Shown in pieces: positions 1-13,670 of a DNA stretch of 64,000 nucleotides. A program made the position numbers and the translations under genes. The notes beneath the pieces are model-generated. The model had not been told where the DNA came from. It did not search any database and saw nothing but the letters and a program-made list of their open reading frames with translations. The DNA comes from the human T2T-CHM13v2.0 reference genome, Homo sapiens, in assembly GCF_009914755.1 (NCBI RefSeq), contig NC_060926.1; one strand, given 5' to 3'. How positions within the stretch are numbered: the first letter of the stretch is position 1; every line of letters begins with the position of its first letter.

Positions 1-754
1 TAGGAGTATGAATAAATCAGTCACCTAGGTAGTGAGCCTAGTACCCAATAAATAGCTTCCCAACCCTTGCCCCCTTCTCTGCCTCCTCAATCTTGTATTC
101 CCCAGCGTCTGTTGTTCCCATCTTTATGTCCATGTATACCTAATATTTAGCTCCTACTTATAAGTAAGAACATGTGGTATTTGGTTTTCCATTTCTGTAT
201 TACTTGTTAGTTTACTTAAGGTAACCACTTCCAGCTTCACCCATGTTGCTGCAAAGGACATTATTTCATTTCTTTTTTATGGTTGCATAGTATTCCATGG
301 TATACTTGTACCACATTTTCTTTATCCAATCCACCATTGATGGACACCTGGGTTGATTCCATGTCTTTTTATTGTGAATAGCACTGCAATGAACAAATGA
401 GTACATGTAACTTTTTGATAGAACAATTTAGTTTCCTTTGGGTATATACCCAGTAATGAGATTGCTGGGTCATATGGTAGTTCAACTCTTAGCTCTTTAA
501 GAAATCTCCAAACTGCTCTCCACAGTAGCTGAACAAACTTACATTCTGACCAAATTTTATAAGTGTTCTCTTTTCCCTGCAGCCTCACCAACATTGTTAT
601 TTTTGACTTTTTAACAAAAGATATTCAGACTGGCATGAGAGGATATCTCATTGTGGTTTTGATTTGCATTAGTGATAATGTGCATTTTTTCATGTATTTG
701 TTGGCCACTTACTTATATGTCTTCTTTTGAGAAGTACCTGTTTGGGTCCTTTGC
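1..754 (-). mobile_element. L1 (L1PA15/16-L1PB-like) 3' segment: ORF2 C-terminus and 3'UTR, running off the left edge
   Basis: Reverse strand matches the L1 ORF2 end. ORF 322..594(-) gives LWRAVWRFLKELRVELPYDPAISLLGIYPKE, the L1 ORF2p C-terminal motif. Confidence 0.92.
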
Positions 755-755
755 T

Positions 756-1351
756 GCAAAGAACAAAACTGGATGCATTCACATTACCTGACATCAAACT
801 GTATTACAAGGCTACAGTAACCAAAACAGAATGGCACTAGTACAAAACCAGACACATAGACCAGTGTAACAGAAGAGAGAACACAGAAATAAAGCTGCAC
901 ACCCATAACAATCTGATTTTTGACAAAGTGGATAAAAATAAGTAATGGTGAAAACACTCCCTATTCAATAAATGGTGCTGGGATAACTGGCCATCTGTAT
1001 GCAGAAGAATGAAACTGGACCCCTACCTATTACCATATACAAAAATTAAGATGAATTAAAGAATTAAATGTAAGACATCAAACTATAAAAATCTTAGAAG
1101 AAAACCTAGGAAATACCCTTCTTGATATTGGCCTTGGCAAAGAATTTATGGCTAAGTCCTCAAAAGCAATTGCAACAAAAGCAAAAATTGACAAGTGGGC
1201 CCTAATTAAATGAAAGAGCTTCTGCATAGCAAGAGAAAGTTTCAAGGGAGTAAACAGACAACTTACAGGATAGGAGAAGGTACTCACAAACTACACATCT
1301 GACAAAGGTCTAATGTTCAGAATCTGTAAGGAGCTTAAATACATCAGTAAG
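756..1351 (+). mobile_element. Inverted 5' portion of the same L1 (ORF2 segment)
   Basis: Sense L1 ORF2 sequence from gcaaagaacaaaactgg to gacaaaggtctaatgttcagaatctgtaagg. It ends just upstream, in L1 coordinates, of where the minus segment begins. Confidence 0.9.
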
Positions 1352-3620
1352 CTTATTTTATTTTTTAAGCATTTTAAAAATACTTTTAGAATTTTATTTT
1401 AGAAAGTACAAAAAAGTAAGAAGAAAAACATGGCAATAATATTATAATCCACTCTTTGCATCTCTACTAATAGCATTTGGTTGATATTTCCTTGCAACAC
1501 TTTTTATAAATATTTATATAGATCCTCCAAATTATGCAATTTTTCACTTAGTATTATATTTCATCTCTTTATTAAATTAGGTACTCATTCATTCAATATA
1601 TGCCACTGAATTTCTACTCTGTGCCTGGCTGGCACCAAAGCAGTTGCTGGGGAATTAATCAAAAACATGACAATAAGATTTTACCCATGCCTTCAGTTTT
1701 TTTTGAACATCATTTTTAATGCTTGCTTAAAAACCAGTTGTATATTTTTATGATAACTCCCTTAATTATTTCTCAGGCTTGGGGTATTAGTTGAGTTTTA
1801 AGTAGGTAGAGAGATTTAGACACTCAATAAACAAATGTTCTATATGTCCATATTAATATCTTTTTAAATTTTTTCTATCCTAACTGAAAGTGAAATTAGC
1901 ATGGTATATGTAACAGGAGAGAACAGAGATATTTAAAAAAACATAAAATGGCTGTGTTTTTAAAATAAAAGCAGGTCCTTGAATTGGTCTCAGAATTTCT
2001 ACGGCTGCCTGGCACTGCAAAGAAGAGGGGCACGTCCTTTGTAGCTTATCTATCTCGTTGACTATCTGCGTGTCTTTCCCAGTAATGTGTCCTTCAAGAT
2101 CTCAGCTCCCTAGCTGAGATAATTTAACATCACTCCTGATATCCTTGGTGTGGCATGCTCTGATTTGTTAGCCATCCCATCCTTACTACTACATGGATCC
2201 ACCTTAGGTGACCTTTCCAACCTGACTGCCGGTGAGAGCCATCTTCTGTGGTTATTAATTCAAGACCTCTCTAAAGTCAGGCAATCATTAAGAATAACAA
2301 CAACAAAAACTATAAAAAAGCTTAGGCTGCTGGTAGGGTTGGCCTCCTTCCAGCTTGCTGAATGGCTGCCGCTCATATAATCGGTTTGCATTGTGGCAGT
2401 ATAATCAGGTTGACAAAAGTGGACAAGATTTTTGGAGGCAATCAAGCACACTAATTCATTTTAAAATGCTGAACAGGTGCAACTGGGACACATTGAAGGT
2501 AGTTATTAGCCAAAAGTCGCTCAGAGAAAGGCGGGCCCAACATCTGTGCCTATTATTAGAGACACAATAGAGTCGACTTCACTTGTAAAAGTGAGCAGGG
2601 TCTTCCTCACGGATGGGGCAGCCAGCTGAATGAACCTTCTGATTTAGGACTTTCACTGCTTACAGTAATTAGCATTCGAAGGGGAGTGTGCTGAATCCAT
2701 CTTTTCTTTTCCCTTTTTCCTGGGGGTGGGTAAAAGTGGAGTGTGATTTAATTAAGAAAGGCAGTAACTCCAGGCACCCACCTAATCAAATGTTAACTAC
2801 AGCAGAACAAGGACATTCTAATGAGGTCTTTGTGATTTAAATCTGACTAAGTGTGGTTGCCTACTGCTGTAGGGTGTCTTTGGTTTCCAAGGACTCCTTT
2901 GTTCTTCAAAATTTTTATTATTTTCAATTATCCCCAGTATATAGACCAGCTTATCATCAGAGACATGTGATTGCCGGAGATCCATTGGAAGGATAAATAA
3001 ACCTAACAGAGCTGCTCTAGGTTCTGATAAATACATGAAGAGAAAGGCAAGACTATGACATCTGTTAGTACAAAATAAATGATAAATATTTGGAAGGTTT
3101 CATTGATAGACACAGCTTATAAATACTCTGATTTTCTTTTTTCTAATTGAATATGTGTCTCAGAGATATTCTTTATAATATGGAGTTGCGTAACAGAAAA
3201 AAGAAAATACATGAATCGTGAAATAAGACAGTTCTAGACTCAAGTTCCAGTCTTAGTACTAAAAAGTGAGCCTCTCACTAAGTTTTCTCTCATTCCATGC
3301 CCATTCATATGGCTCTGTGTTAGCAGTAGGGAATGTGATGGAGAAGAGAAGCAAGGGTCCTCCAGTGGGAGGTGCTGATAGGCATGCCATAGAAGTAATC
3401 ACTCTGCTAGATAGAGCTTCCAAAAGTGAGGAATGTCTTTTGATCTTTACATCTCCAAGATTCCAAAAAGTGTCAGGTACTTTCAAAGTGTGCAAAAACA
3501 TTCACTAAATGAAAACACGAATAACAATAAGTATATAAAAAATAAGCAGCACAGATATCTTCTGTTCCAGAAAAGTTATTATTCCAACATCTTTAATTCT
3601 GTTAAAAAGATTCTGGGTTC

Positions 3621-4004
<384 letters not shown>

Positions 4005-4119
4005 TTATATTTTTATTAAAATATATAAAGCTTTTAATTTTTATTGTGTAAATTTTTTTTCATTTATTCAAAATATTTAGTGGATATTATATTTTTGAGA
4101 GAACTAACTATATGCCATC

Positions 4120-4365
4120 AAAGACTATATAGAGCTAATGATTCAAGAATGAGCAAGAGAGACAGAGGTAGAACATACACCACAGTGGAAGCTGTGTCTT
4201 TCCATCACCTGATGTTGAAAGTGATATCCTATCACCTCTACTTTATGCTACTACTACTGATGACACAGAACAGCCCTGGTACAGTGTTGTTGGGTTGGTG
4301 GGGGAATGGCACAAGGACATGAATACCAGGAATCACTGGGGACCATCTTAGAACTGGTGACCAAG
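4120..4365 (-). mobile_element. Old MaLR LTR remnant (MLT1 family)
   Basis: ggcacaaggacatgaataccaggaatcactggggaccatcttaga resembles the reverse complement of an MLT1 LTR 5' end. Boundaries approximate. Confidence 0.55.
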
Positions 4366-4553
4366 CCATTTAAGTTACCTTCTTTCATTCCCCAAAGTAT
4401 TCCAGTCAAACATAAAAACCTAAAGTTCTGATGTTAGTTGTATCTGGATTGATTACATAACATCTATGCATTTCCCACCTCTGGCAGATATGTGGCATAA
4501 TGTGCACCAAGACGGTTGGGTAGAGATGAACAAAGCAGAACAAAATATAGCAT

Positions 4554-5093
4554 TGTGAAAGTAAAATAAATCTTGGACCCCTGAAATCATGAAGCCAAAG
4601 GAAAAAGTCAATCCGGGAACTGTTGAGGGCAAATATGCCTTCCATTCTATTCCTTAAAAAGATAGCTACTAAGACAAAAAAGCTACATACCTCCCTCACA
4701 AGGAATCTCCTTGTGGACAAAGGACAGACAACTCAAAGTCATCCCTCTGCTCACTGAAATAAATGCATATCTGATTGCCTCTTTTGGAAAAGCTAATTAA
4801 AAACTCAAAAGAATGCAACTTTTTGCTTCCTAACCTACCTGTGACCTGGAAGTCCCCTCCTGCTTCGAGTTGTTCCACCTTTCTGTACGGAACCATTGTA
4901 CATCTTTTGTACATCTTACATATATTGATTGAGGTCTAATGTCTCTCTAAAATGTATAAAACCAAGCTGTGTCCCAACCATCTTGGGCACATGTCGCCAA
5001 GACCTCTTGAGGCTGTGTCATGGGCACATGTTCTAACTTTGGCAAAATAAACTTAAATTGACTGAGATCTGTCTAAGATATTTGGGGTTCACA
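4554..5093 (+). mobile_element. ERV1 solo LTR, MER4 family
   Basis: TG...CA termini (tgtgaaagtaaaataaatcttgg ... ggggttcaca), internal AATAAA, exact 4-bp TSD gcat at 4550-4553 and 5094-5097. Confidence 0.88.
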
Positions 5094-5549
5094 GCATCAC
5101 AACTACCTCCAAGCAGAGCTCAGCACAATTTTCATTTTCAAATTTGAAATAGAGTAAAGATAACTTACAGGAGATGGGATGAAAATATGTTTGCATGCTC
5201 AAGCACCCAATAAAAAAAATCTGTGCATAAAAAAATACTTTTTTTAAAAAAAAGCTCTGAGCCTATAATTTATATTTAGAAATTTTAAAATTAAATTTAG
5301 TGTTTTTAGAATTATGTGTTCACAGGATTCAAAAATCAAAACTATATACAACTATACGAGGAGCCTCATTCCACACCCATTCTTAATTGATTTCTTCTCT
5401 CTCACTATTCCAACATTTCAATTAATATTTTATATGTAATAGTGTTTCATAATAACAACACTAAAAATAAAATATGCATCGTTATTTTTATCCTCCTTTT
5501 ACACAAAAAGTCACAGATTGAACCCTTATTTTGCTTTCTGCTTTTAAAA

Positions 5550-6540
5550 ATGTTTTAATGAGATATAGCATATGTATATTAATATGCACATATCTTCAGT
5601 ATACAAATCAATGTATTTAGCCTATTTAGCCACCACATAAATCACTTGTAGAATTTTTCAACACTTCAGAAAGCTGTAAGGCTCTTTTCTATTCAGTGCC
5701 TCTCACTTAAAGTAACTAACCATCATTCCTATTTCTATCATCATGTATTAGTTTTCCAGGTTTTAATGAACTCACAGAGTGTACAGTTATTCATGACTCT
5801 TTTTTTCAGTTACTTTATTGTTATTTCTGTGAGATCCTTGATGATGTTGTTTTTTGATGGAAATGGTTATATTTTTATTGCTGTGTAATTGTCCATTGTG
5901 TGTATGGACCACAATTTACTTATTTATTCTCCAATTATTTCTGTAAATAGTTGGATTACTTCTATTAATTTTTCTTTATTAAGAATAATGGTTCTGTCAA
6001 CACTTTTGCATCTGTCTTTGATAAATATATGCTTTCTTTTTCTAGGATATATCTAAAGGAGTGGCAGAGTTGCTGTGTCATAAATATTGCCAAACATATA
6101 TTTATATTTGTCTTTTGAATGTACATGTACATCATCAATATATGAGAGTTCCATTTGCTCAAACCACTTTAGGTAATACTTGTTACTGTCACTTGTCTTT
6201 ATTTTAGCCATTCTGATATGTATGTATTGATATGTCATTATGGTTTAAATTTTTCTACAAAATACCATTTTATTATTTTCACATGCTATTTGACCAAGAG
6301 AATAGCTTCATTTGGGATATGAAAACCTAAAGTTCAGATCCTCAGCCTTAATTTTTACTCAGTTATATGTATTTTTAACATTGATTTGTAAAAACACATT
6401 TTATGTTATCGATATAAATTCCTTGTCTTATATGCTATTTTATATCTTTATAAATACTTTATGTGTTTATTTTATATTGTTAAAATACCTGGTTTACCTT
6501 TTTCTAACTCTTATTTTCACAGCAAAATTTCTTAATTTTT
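5550..6540 (-). mobile_element. Old L1M (L1MB-ME class) 3' region, host of the L1MA insertion
   Basis: Diverged antisense L1 3'UTR/ORF2 tail, e.g. attttagccattctgatatgtatgtattgatatgtcattatggttt. Appears to resume after 17560. Confidence 0.7.
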
Positions 6541-6695
6541 AAATTTTTTATTTTTAATTATTAGGGAGTTGTATATATGAAATACCGGTAATGTTTTGAT
6601 ACATACAATGTGTAACGATTAAATCAGAGTAATTGGGGTATTCATCACATTAAGATTTATTTATTTATTTGTTGTTTTAGCAACATTCTAATTCT

Positions 6696-6870
6696 TTTAT
6701 ATTTTTTACATTTTATTTTAAGTTCCGGACATGCAGGGTGTGCATGTTTGTCACATAGGTAAACGTGTGATATGGTGGTTTGCTGCACTTATCAACCCGT
6801 CACCTAAGTATTAAGCCCCACATGCATTAGCTATTTATCTTCATGCTCTCCCTCCCCTGACCCCTTGACA
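6696..6870 (-). mobile_element. 5'-truncated L1PA (L1PA8-13-like) 3' stub
   Basis: L1PA 3'UTR sequence flanked by exact 15-bp TSD caacattctaattct (6681-6695, 6871-6885). Confidence 0.9.
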
Positions 6871-7249
6871 CAACATTCTAATTCTAATTCTACTCTTATT
6901 TTAAAATATACAATAAATTATTAACTATAGTCACCCTATTGTGCTATCAAATACTAGATCTTATTCCTTCTCTCTAACTATAATTTTGTACCCATTAACC
7001 ATCCCCATTTTATCCTCTCTGTCCACTACCCTTCCCAGCCTCAGGTAGCCATCATTCCACTCTCTACCTCCAAGGTCAATTTTTTAAACTTTCACCTATA
7101 AGTGAGAACATGTCATAGTTGTCCTACTGTGTCTGACTTATTTTCTGTAACATAACGTTCTGGTGTTCCACCCATGTCATTGCAAATTACATGAAATTTC
7201 TTTTTTTTAAATGGATGAATATTATCCTATTGTGTCTGTGCCACATTTC

Positions 7250-7570
<321 letters not shown>

Positions 7571-10328
7571 GTCTGTGCCACATTTCTTTACCCATTTATC
7601 CACTGAGGGATACTTAGGTTGATTCCATACCTAGGCTATTGTGAATAGTGCTGCCGTAAACATAGAAATGAGGATACATCTTTGGTATACTGATTTGGAA
7701 TTTATTTTGGATATATACTTAGCAATGAGATTGCTGGATCATACAATGGCTCTGTTTATAGTTTTTTGAGAAACCTCAACATTGTTCTCCATAGTGGCTC
7801 TACTAATTTACATTCCAACCAAAAAGGTACAAATGTTTCTCCTTTCTCTGCATTCTTACCTGCATTTATTATTGCCTGTCTTTTGGATAAAAGCCATTTT
7901 AATTGGAGTGAGATGATATCCCACAGTTTTGATTTGTGTTTCTCTGATATTAGTGATGTTCTACATCTTTTTCATATATTTTTTGGCCATTTGTACATCT
8001 TCTTTTGAGAATTGTCTATTCAGATCATTTACCCATTTTTAATCAGGTGATTTTTTTTTTTCTATTGAGTTCCTTACATGTTCTGGTTATTAATCAGAAC
8101 ATATGTTGTTGGGTGAATGGTTTGCAAACATTTTCTCCCATTCTGTGGGTTGTCTGTGCAGTTTGTTGACTGTTTCCTCTGCTGTACAGAAGGTTTTAAA
8201 CTACATGTCATCACATTTGTCTATTTTTGCTTTGGTTGCCTGTGTGTTGAGGGTCTTAAGAAATCTTGGTTTGGACCAATGTCTTGGAGAGTTTCCTCAA
8301 TGTTTTCTTTCCATGGTTTTATAGCTTCAGGTCTTAGATTTAAGTCTTTAACCACTTTCACTTGATTTTTGCATCTAGTGAAAGTGAGGGGTCCAGTTTC
8401 ATTCTTCTGTATATGGATTGCTAATTTTCAGCACCATTTATTGAAGAAAACTGTCCTTTTCCTAATGTATATTCTTGGCACCTTTGTCAAAAATGAGTTG
8501 GATTTAAATGCAGATTTACTTTTGGGCTTTCTATTCTGCTCCATTAGTCTACATGCCAGTACCATGTGGTTTTGTTTACTTATAGCTTTGTAGTATAATT
8601 TGAAGTCAGGTAATGTGATTTTTCCAGCTTTGTTCTTTTTTGCTCAGTATGTCTTTGGGTATTCTGGATTTTTGCAGTTCCATGTAAATTTTAGGATTTA
8701 TTTTTTCTATTTCTGTGAAGAATGTCATTGATATTTTGATAAGAATTGTATTGAATCTATATATTTCTTTAGGTAGCATAGATACTTTTAACAATATTGA
8801 CTTTTCCAATCCATGAACATAGAATACATTTTCATTTCTGTATGTGTGTACTCTTCAACTTATTTCATTGGCATTTTATAGCTTTCACTGTGGAGATCTT
8901 TCAATTTTTTTGGTCAAGTTTTTTCCAAGCTATTTTATTCTGCTTATAGCTATTGTAAGTGGGATTACTTCTTGGTTGTTTTTTCTTTTAGATTGTTGGC
9001 TGTTGGCATATGGAAATACTACTGATTTTTGTATGTTGATTTGTATCCTCCAACTTTATTGAATATGTTTATCCGTTCTAATAGTTTTTTGGTGGTGTCT
9101 TTAGGTTTTTCTAAATATAAGATTATATCATCTGTAAACAAGGATAATTTGACTTCTTCCTTTCCAATTCAGATGCCTTTTATTTCTTTCTCTTGTCTGA
9201 TTGCTCTGGCTGGAACTTCCAGTACTATATTGAGTAGAAGTGGTGAAAGTGGTTATCCCTGTCTTATTCTAGATCTTAAAGGAAAGGCTTACAGTTTTTC
9301 CTCATTCAGTATGATACTAGCTGTGGGTTTGTTGTGTATGGCTTTTGCCATGTTGGGGTATATTCTTCTATCCCCAGTTTTTTGAGAGTTTTTATCGTGA
9401 AGAAATGTTGCATTTTATCAAATGCTTTTCCAGCATCAATTGAAATGATCGCATGGATTCTGTCCTTAATTTTGCAGATACGATGTATCACATTTATCAA
9501 TTTGCATATATTGAATCATCTTTGCCTCCTGAGGATGAATGCCACTTGGTCATGATGGATGATGTTTTTAATGTGTTATTGAATTTAGCTTGCTTGTATT
9601 TTGTTGATAGTATTTGCATCTATTTCCATCAGAGACATTGGCTTGTAATTTTATTTTATTTGGTTCGTTTGTCTGGTTTTAGTATCAGCATAATACTCGC
9701 CTCATAGAATGAGTTTGGAAGTATTCTATCTTTCTCAATTTTTTGGACAAGTTTGAGTAGGATTAGTATTAGTTCTTTAAATGGTTGGTAGAATTCAGCT
9801 GTGAAACAATGAGGTTCTGAGCTTTTCTTGGATGGGAGACTATTTATTATTGCTTCTATGTCATTACTTGTTATTAGTCTATTCAGGTTTTGGATTTATT
9901 CAAGGTTCAATCTTGGTTAGGCTATATGTGCCTAGGAATTCATCCGTTTCTTCTCGGTCTTCTAGTTTACTGGGATATAGTTGCTTGTAATAGTCTCATG
10001 ATTCTTTGAATTTCTGTGGTATCAGTTATAATGTCTCCTCTTTCATCTCTGATTTATCTAAGTATTCTTTCTTTTTTCTTAGTCTGGCTAAAGTTTGTTG
10101 ATTTTGTTTATCTTTCAAAACAATTGCAACTTTTAGTTTTGTTGACCTATTGTATAATTTTTTAGTCTCAATTTCATTTATTTTTGCTCTGATTTTTATT
10201 ATTTATTTTCTTCTATTAATTTTGGGTTTGGTTTGCTTTTGCTTTTCTAGTTCTTTAAGATGCATTGTTAGATTGTTTATTTGAAATATCTCTACTTTTT
10301 GATGTAGACACTTATTTTAATAAACGTA

Positions 10329-10739
10329 TGAAATGGTTTGATTTTTGTCTCCACTGAAATATCATCTCAAATTGTAATCCTCACATGTAGAGGCAGGGAA
10401 TTGAAATCCTCACATGTTGAGGGAGGGAATTGAAATCCTCACATGTTGAGGGAGGGAAGTGGTTGGATCATGGAGCTGGCTTCTCCCATGCTGTTTGTAT
10501 GATAGCGAGTGGGTCTCATGAGATCTGATGGTTTTAAAAGTGGCAGTTTTTCCTGTGTTCACATTTCATTCTCTCCTGCCACCTTGTGAAGAAAGTGCCT
10601 GCTTCTACTCCCGCCATGATTGTAAGTTTCCTGAGGCCTCCCCAGACATGCAGAACTGTGAGTCAATTAAACATATATGTTTTTATAAGTTACCCAGTCT
10701 TGGGTATTCTTTATAGTAGTGTAAGAATGGACTAATACA
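10329..10739 (+). mobile_element. THE1D-like solo LTR (ERVL-MaLR)
   Basis: tgaaatggtttg ... ggactaataca termini; TSD acgta/actta; internal 3x29-bp tandem repeat. Confidence 0.9.
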
Positions 10740-10956
10740 ACTTACCCTTAGTACTGCTTTTTCTGTATCCCATTGGTTTTTGTATGTTGTGTTTTCATTT
10801 TCATTTGTTTCAAAAAATTCTTCAGTTTCTTTCCTAATTTCTTCATTGACCCAAAGGTCTTTCAGGAGCATACTGTTTAATTTCCATGTTTTATAGTTTC
10901 CAAAGTTTCTATTATTAGTGATTCTTAGTTTTATTCCATTGTGGTCATAAAAGATA

Positions 10957-13665
10957 TGTATTAGGCCATTTTTGTGTGACTATAAAGAATTACCTGAAAG
11001 TGGATAATATATAAAGAAAAGAGGTTTAATTGGCTCAAAGTTCTGCAGGCTGTACAATGATGTCTTTATTATCTGCTTCTGGTGAGGGCCTCAGGAGGCT
11101 TACAGTCATGGTAGCCAAAGTGAAGAGGGCAAGAGTGGGGGCAAGAGAGAGCAAGGGGGGGATGTGCTGCACACTTTTAAACAACCAGATCTTGTGAGAA
11201 CTCACTATTGCAAGGAAAGTGTCACATGCATCTGTGTGAAGAGACCACCAAACAGTCTTTGTGTGAGCAATAAAGCTTTTTAATCACCTGGTTGCAGGCG
11301 GGCTGAGTCCATTTTATAGGCCATTTTATAGGATTTGGGTAGATAGTGGAAAATTACAGTCAAAGGGGTTGTTCTCTGGCGGGCAGGGGCCGGGGTCACA
11401 AGGTGCTCAGTGGGGGAGCTTCTGAGCCAGGAGAAGGAATTTCACAAGGTAATGTCATCAGTTAAGGCAGGAACCAGACATTTTCACTTCTTTTGTGATT
11501 CTTCACTTGCTTCAGGCCATCTGGATGTATACATGCAGGCTTGGGCTCAGAGGCCTGACAGAAAGCATCAAGCCATTCATGAGAGATCTGAAACCATGAC
11601 CCAAACCCCTCCTAACAGGGCCCATATCCAACATTGGAGATTACATTTCAACATGAAATTTGGAGGGGAAAAACGTCACAATAATATTACACCTCTAGCC
11701 CCTCAAATCTCATATCCTTCTCATGTTGTAAAATATAATCATCATTTGCCAATAGTCCCCAAAAGTCTTAACTCATCCCAGCATCAAGTCCAAACTTCTA
11801 AGTCTCATCTGAGATTCATGTCCTTCCACCTAGAAGCGTGTAAAATCAAATTAAGTCATGTACTCCCAAGATACAATGATAGTACAGGTATTGGGTAAAC
11901 ATTATCATTCCAAAAGACAGAAATGGGCCAATAGCAGGGGGCAATAGGCCTCACGCTAGTCTGACAGCCAGCAGGGTAGTCACTAAATCTTAAAGCTCCA
12001 GAAAATCTCTTTAGACGTTATGTACTGTATCAAAGTCACATTGGTCCAGCTCTGCCCCTGTGGCTCTGCAAGGTGCAGCCCCCAAGTCTACTCTCATAAG
12101 TTAGAGTTGGAAGTCTGCAGTTCTTCCAAGTACAGCATGCAAGTTGCTGGTAGACCTAACATTTTGGGTTCTGGAGGGCAGCAGCCTCTTTCCCATAAGA
12201 AATTGTCCTGGTGGGGACTCTCTATGGAGCCTCCAACCCCTACATTTGCCCTTAGCATTGCTATAGTAGAGGTTCTCTGTGAAAGCTCTGATTCTGCAGT
12301 GGGCTTATTCCTGGGAACCCAGGTTTTCTCATACATTCTCTGAAATCTAGCTGGAAGCTGCCAAGTTTCCTTACTCTTGCATACTGTGCAACCACAGGCT
12401 TCGCATCATGTGAAAGCCGCCCATGTTTCTGGCTTGCACCCTCCAGAGTTGTGGCCCAAGCTGTACTTGGGGCTCTTTGAGCTGCAGCTGTAGCTAGAGT
12501 AGCCAGGATGTGGGGAGTAGTATCCTGAGGCTGCTCAGGCAGGAATGTGTGGTCTCTGAAAGCATTTTTTCCTCCTAGGACTCTGTTATGTGATGGGAGG
12601 GGATGTCTCCAAGATCTCTGAAATGCTCGTGAGGCCATTTTCTCATTGTCTTGGATGTTTACACTAAGCTTGCTTTTAATCATGCTAATTTCTCTAGCAA
12701 GTGGTTGCTTCACAGCCTGCTTGTCTTCCTCTCCCAAAAATCCTTTCTCTTTCTTTGCCACATGGCCAGGCTGCAAATTTTTCAAACTTTTATACTCTGC
12801 TTCCCTTTTAAATGTTTCATCTTTAAGTCATTTCTTTGTTTTCATGTCTGATTGTAGACGCTTAAAAGCAGTCAGGCCATATCTGAAGTGCTTTGCTGCT
12901 TAAAAATTTCTTCTGTTGTCAGTTACCCTAAGACATTACTCTTAAGTTCAATCTTCTGCAGATCCCTAGGACATGAGCACAATGCCGCCAAGTTCTTTTC
13001 TCGGGTGTGACACAGGTGACCTTTACTCTAGTTTCCAATAGCTCCATCAGATACCTCCTCAGCCTGACCTTTATTATCCATATTTTCCGTCAGCATTTTG
13101 TAACAACCATTTAACCAGTCTCTAAGAAGTTTCAAACTTTTCCTCATCTTCTTATCTTCTTCTGAGCCCTCCAAACTCTTCCAACCTCTGCCTGTTACAC
13201 AGTTCCAAAGTCACTTCCAGATTTTTAAGTATATTTTTAGTAACAACTTCCTCCTTGGAATTAATTTACTGTGTTAGGCCATTTTGCATTGCTGTAAAAA
13301 ATACCTAAATCTGGATGATTGATAAAGATAAGAGATTTAATTGGCTCATGGTTCTTCAAGCTATAGAAGCATAGCTCCAGCATTTGCTTTTGATGAAGGC
13401 TTCAGGAAGTTGACAATCATGGTGGAAATTTAAGGGGGAGCAGGTGTCTCACTTGGCTAGCGTGGGAGCAAAAGAGAGCAAGGAGGGAGGCACCACACAC
13501 TTTTCAATAACAAGTTCTCATGAGAACTCACTATTCTTAGGACAACACCAAGCCATTCATAGGGGATCAGCCCCCATGACCCAAACATCTCTCACCAGGC
13601 CCCACCTTTAACATTGGGAATTATGTTTCAACATGAGATTTGGAGGGAACATCCAAACTATATCA
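10957..13665 (-). mobile_element. Complete MSTA element (5'LTR 13665-13270, internal region, 3'LTR ~11689-10957)
   Basis: Two homologous LTRs starting tgt(a/g)ttaggccatt flank a MaLR internal region; exact 5-bp TSD agata at 10952-10956 and 13666-13670. Confidence 0.92.
11220..11560 (-). mobile_element. HERV-H solo LTR (LTR7B-like)
   Basis: Minus strand starts tgtcaggcctctgagcccaagcctgcatgtatacatccagatggcc and ends ggtctcttcacacagatgcatgtgaca; exact 5-bp TSD gaaag (11215-11219, 11561-11565). Confidence 0.93.
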
Positions 13666-13670
13666 AGATA

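Noticed and set aside
10370-10456. 29-bp direct repeats of CRISPR-like length
   Set aside because: No spacers, inside a primate LTR, no cas genes; this is a tandem repeat.
11410-12903. 85-174 aa ORFs in the MSTA/LTR7 region
   Set aside because: Fragmented MaLR internal and LTR sequence, with no intact gag-like frame.
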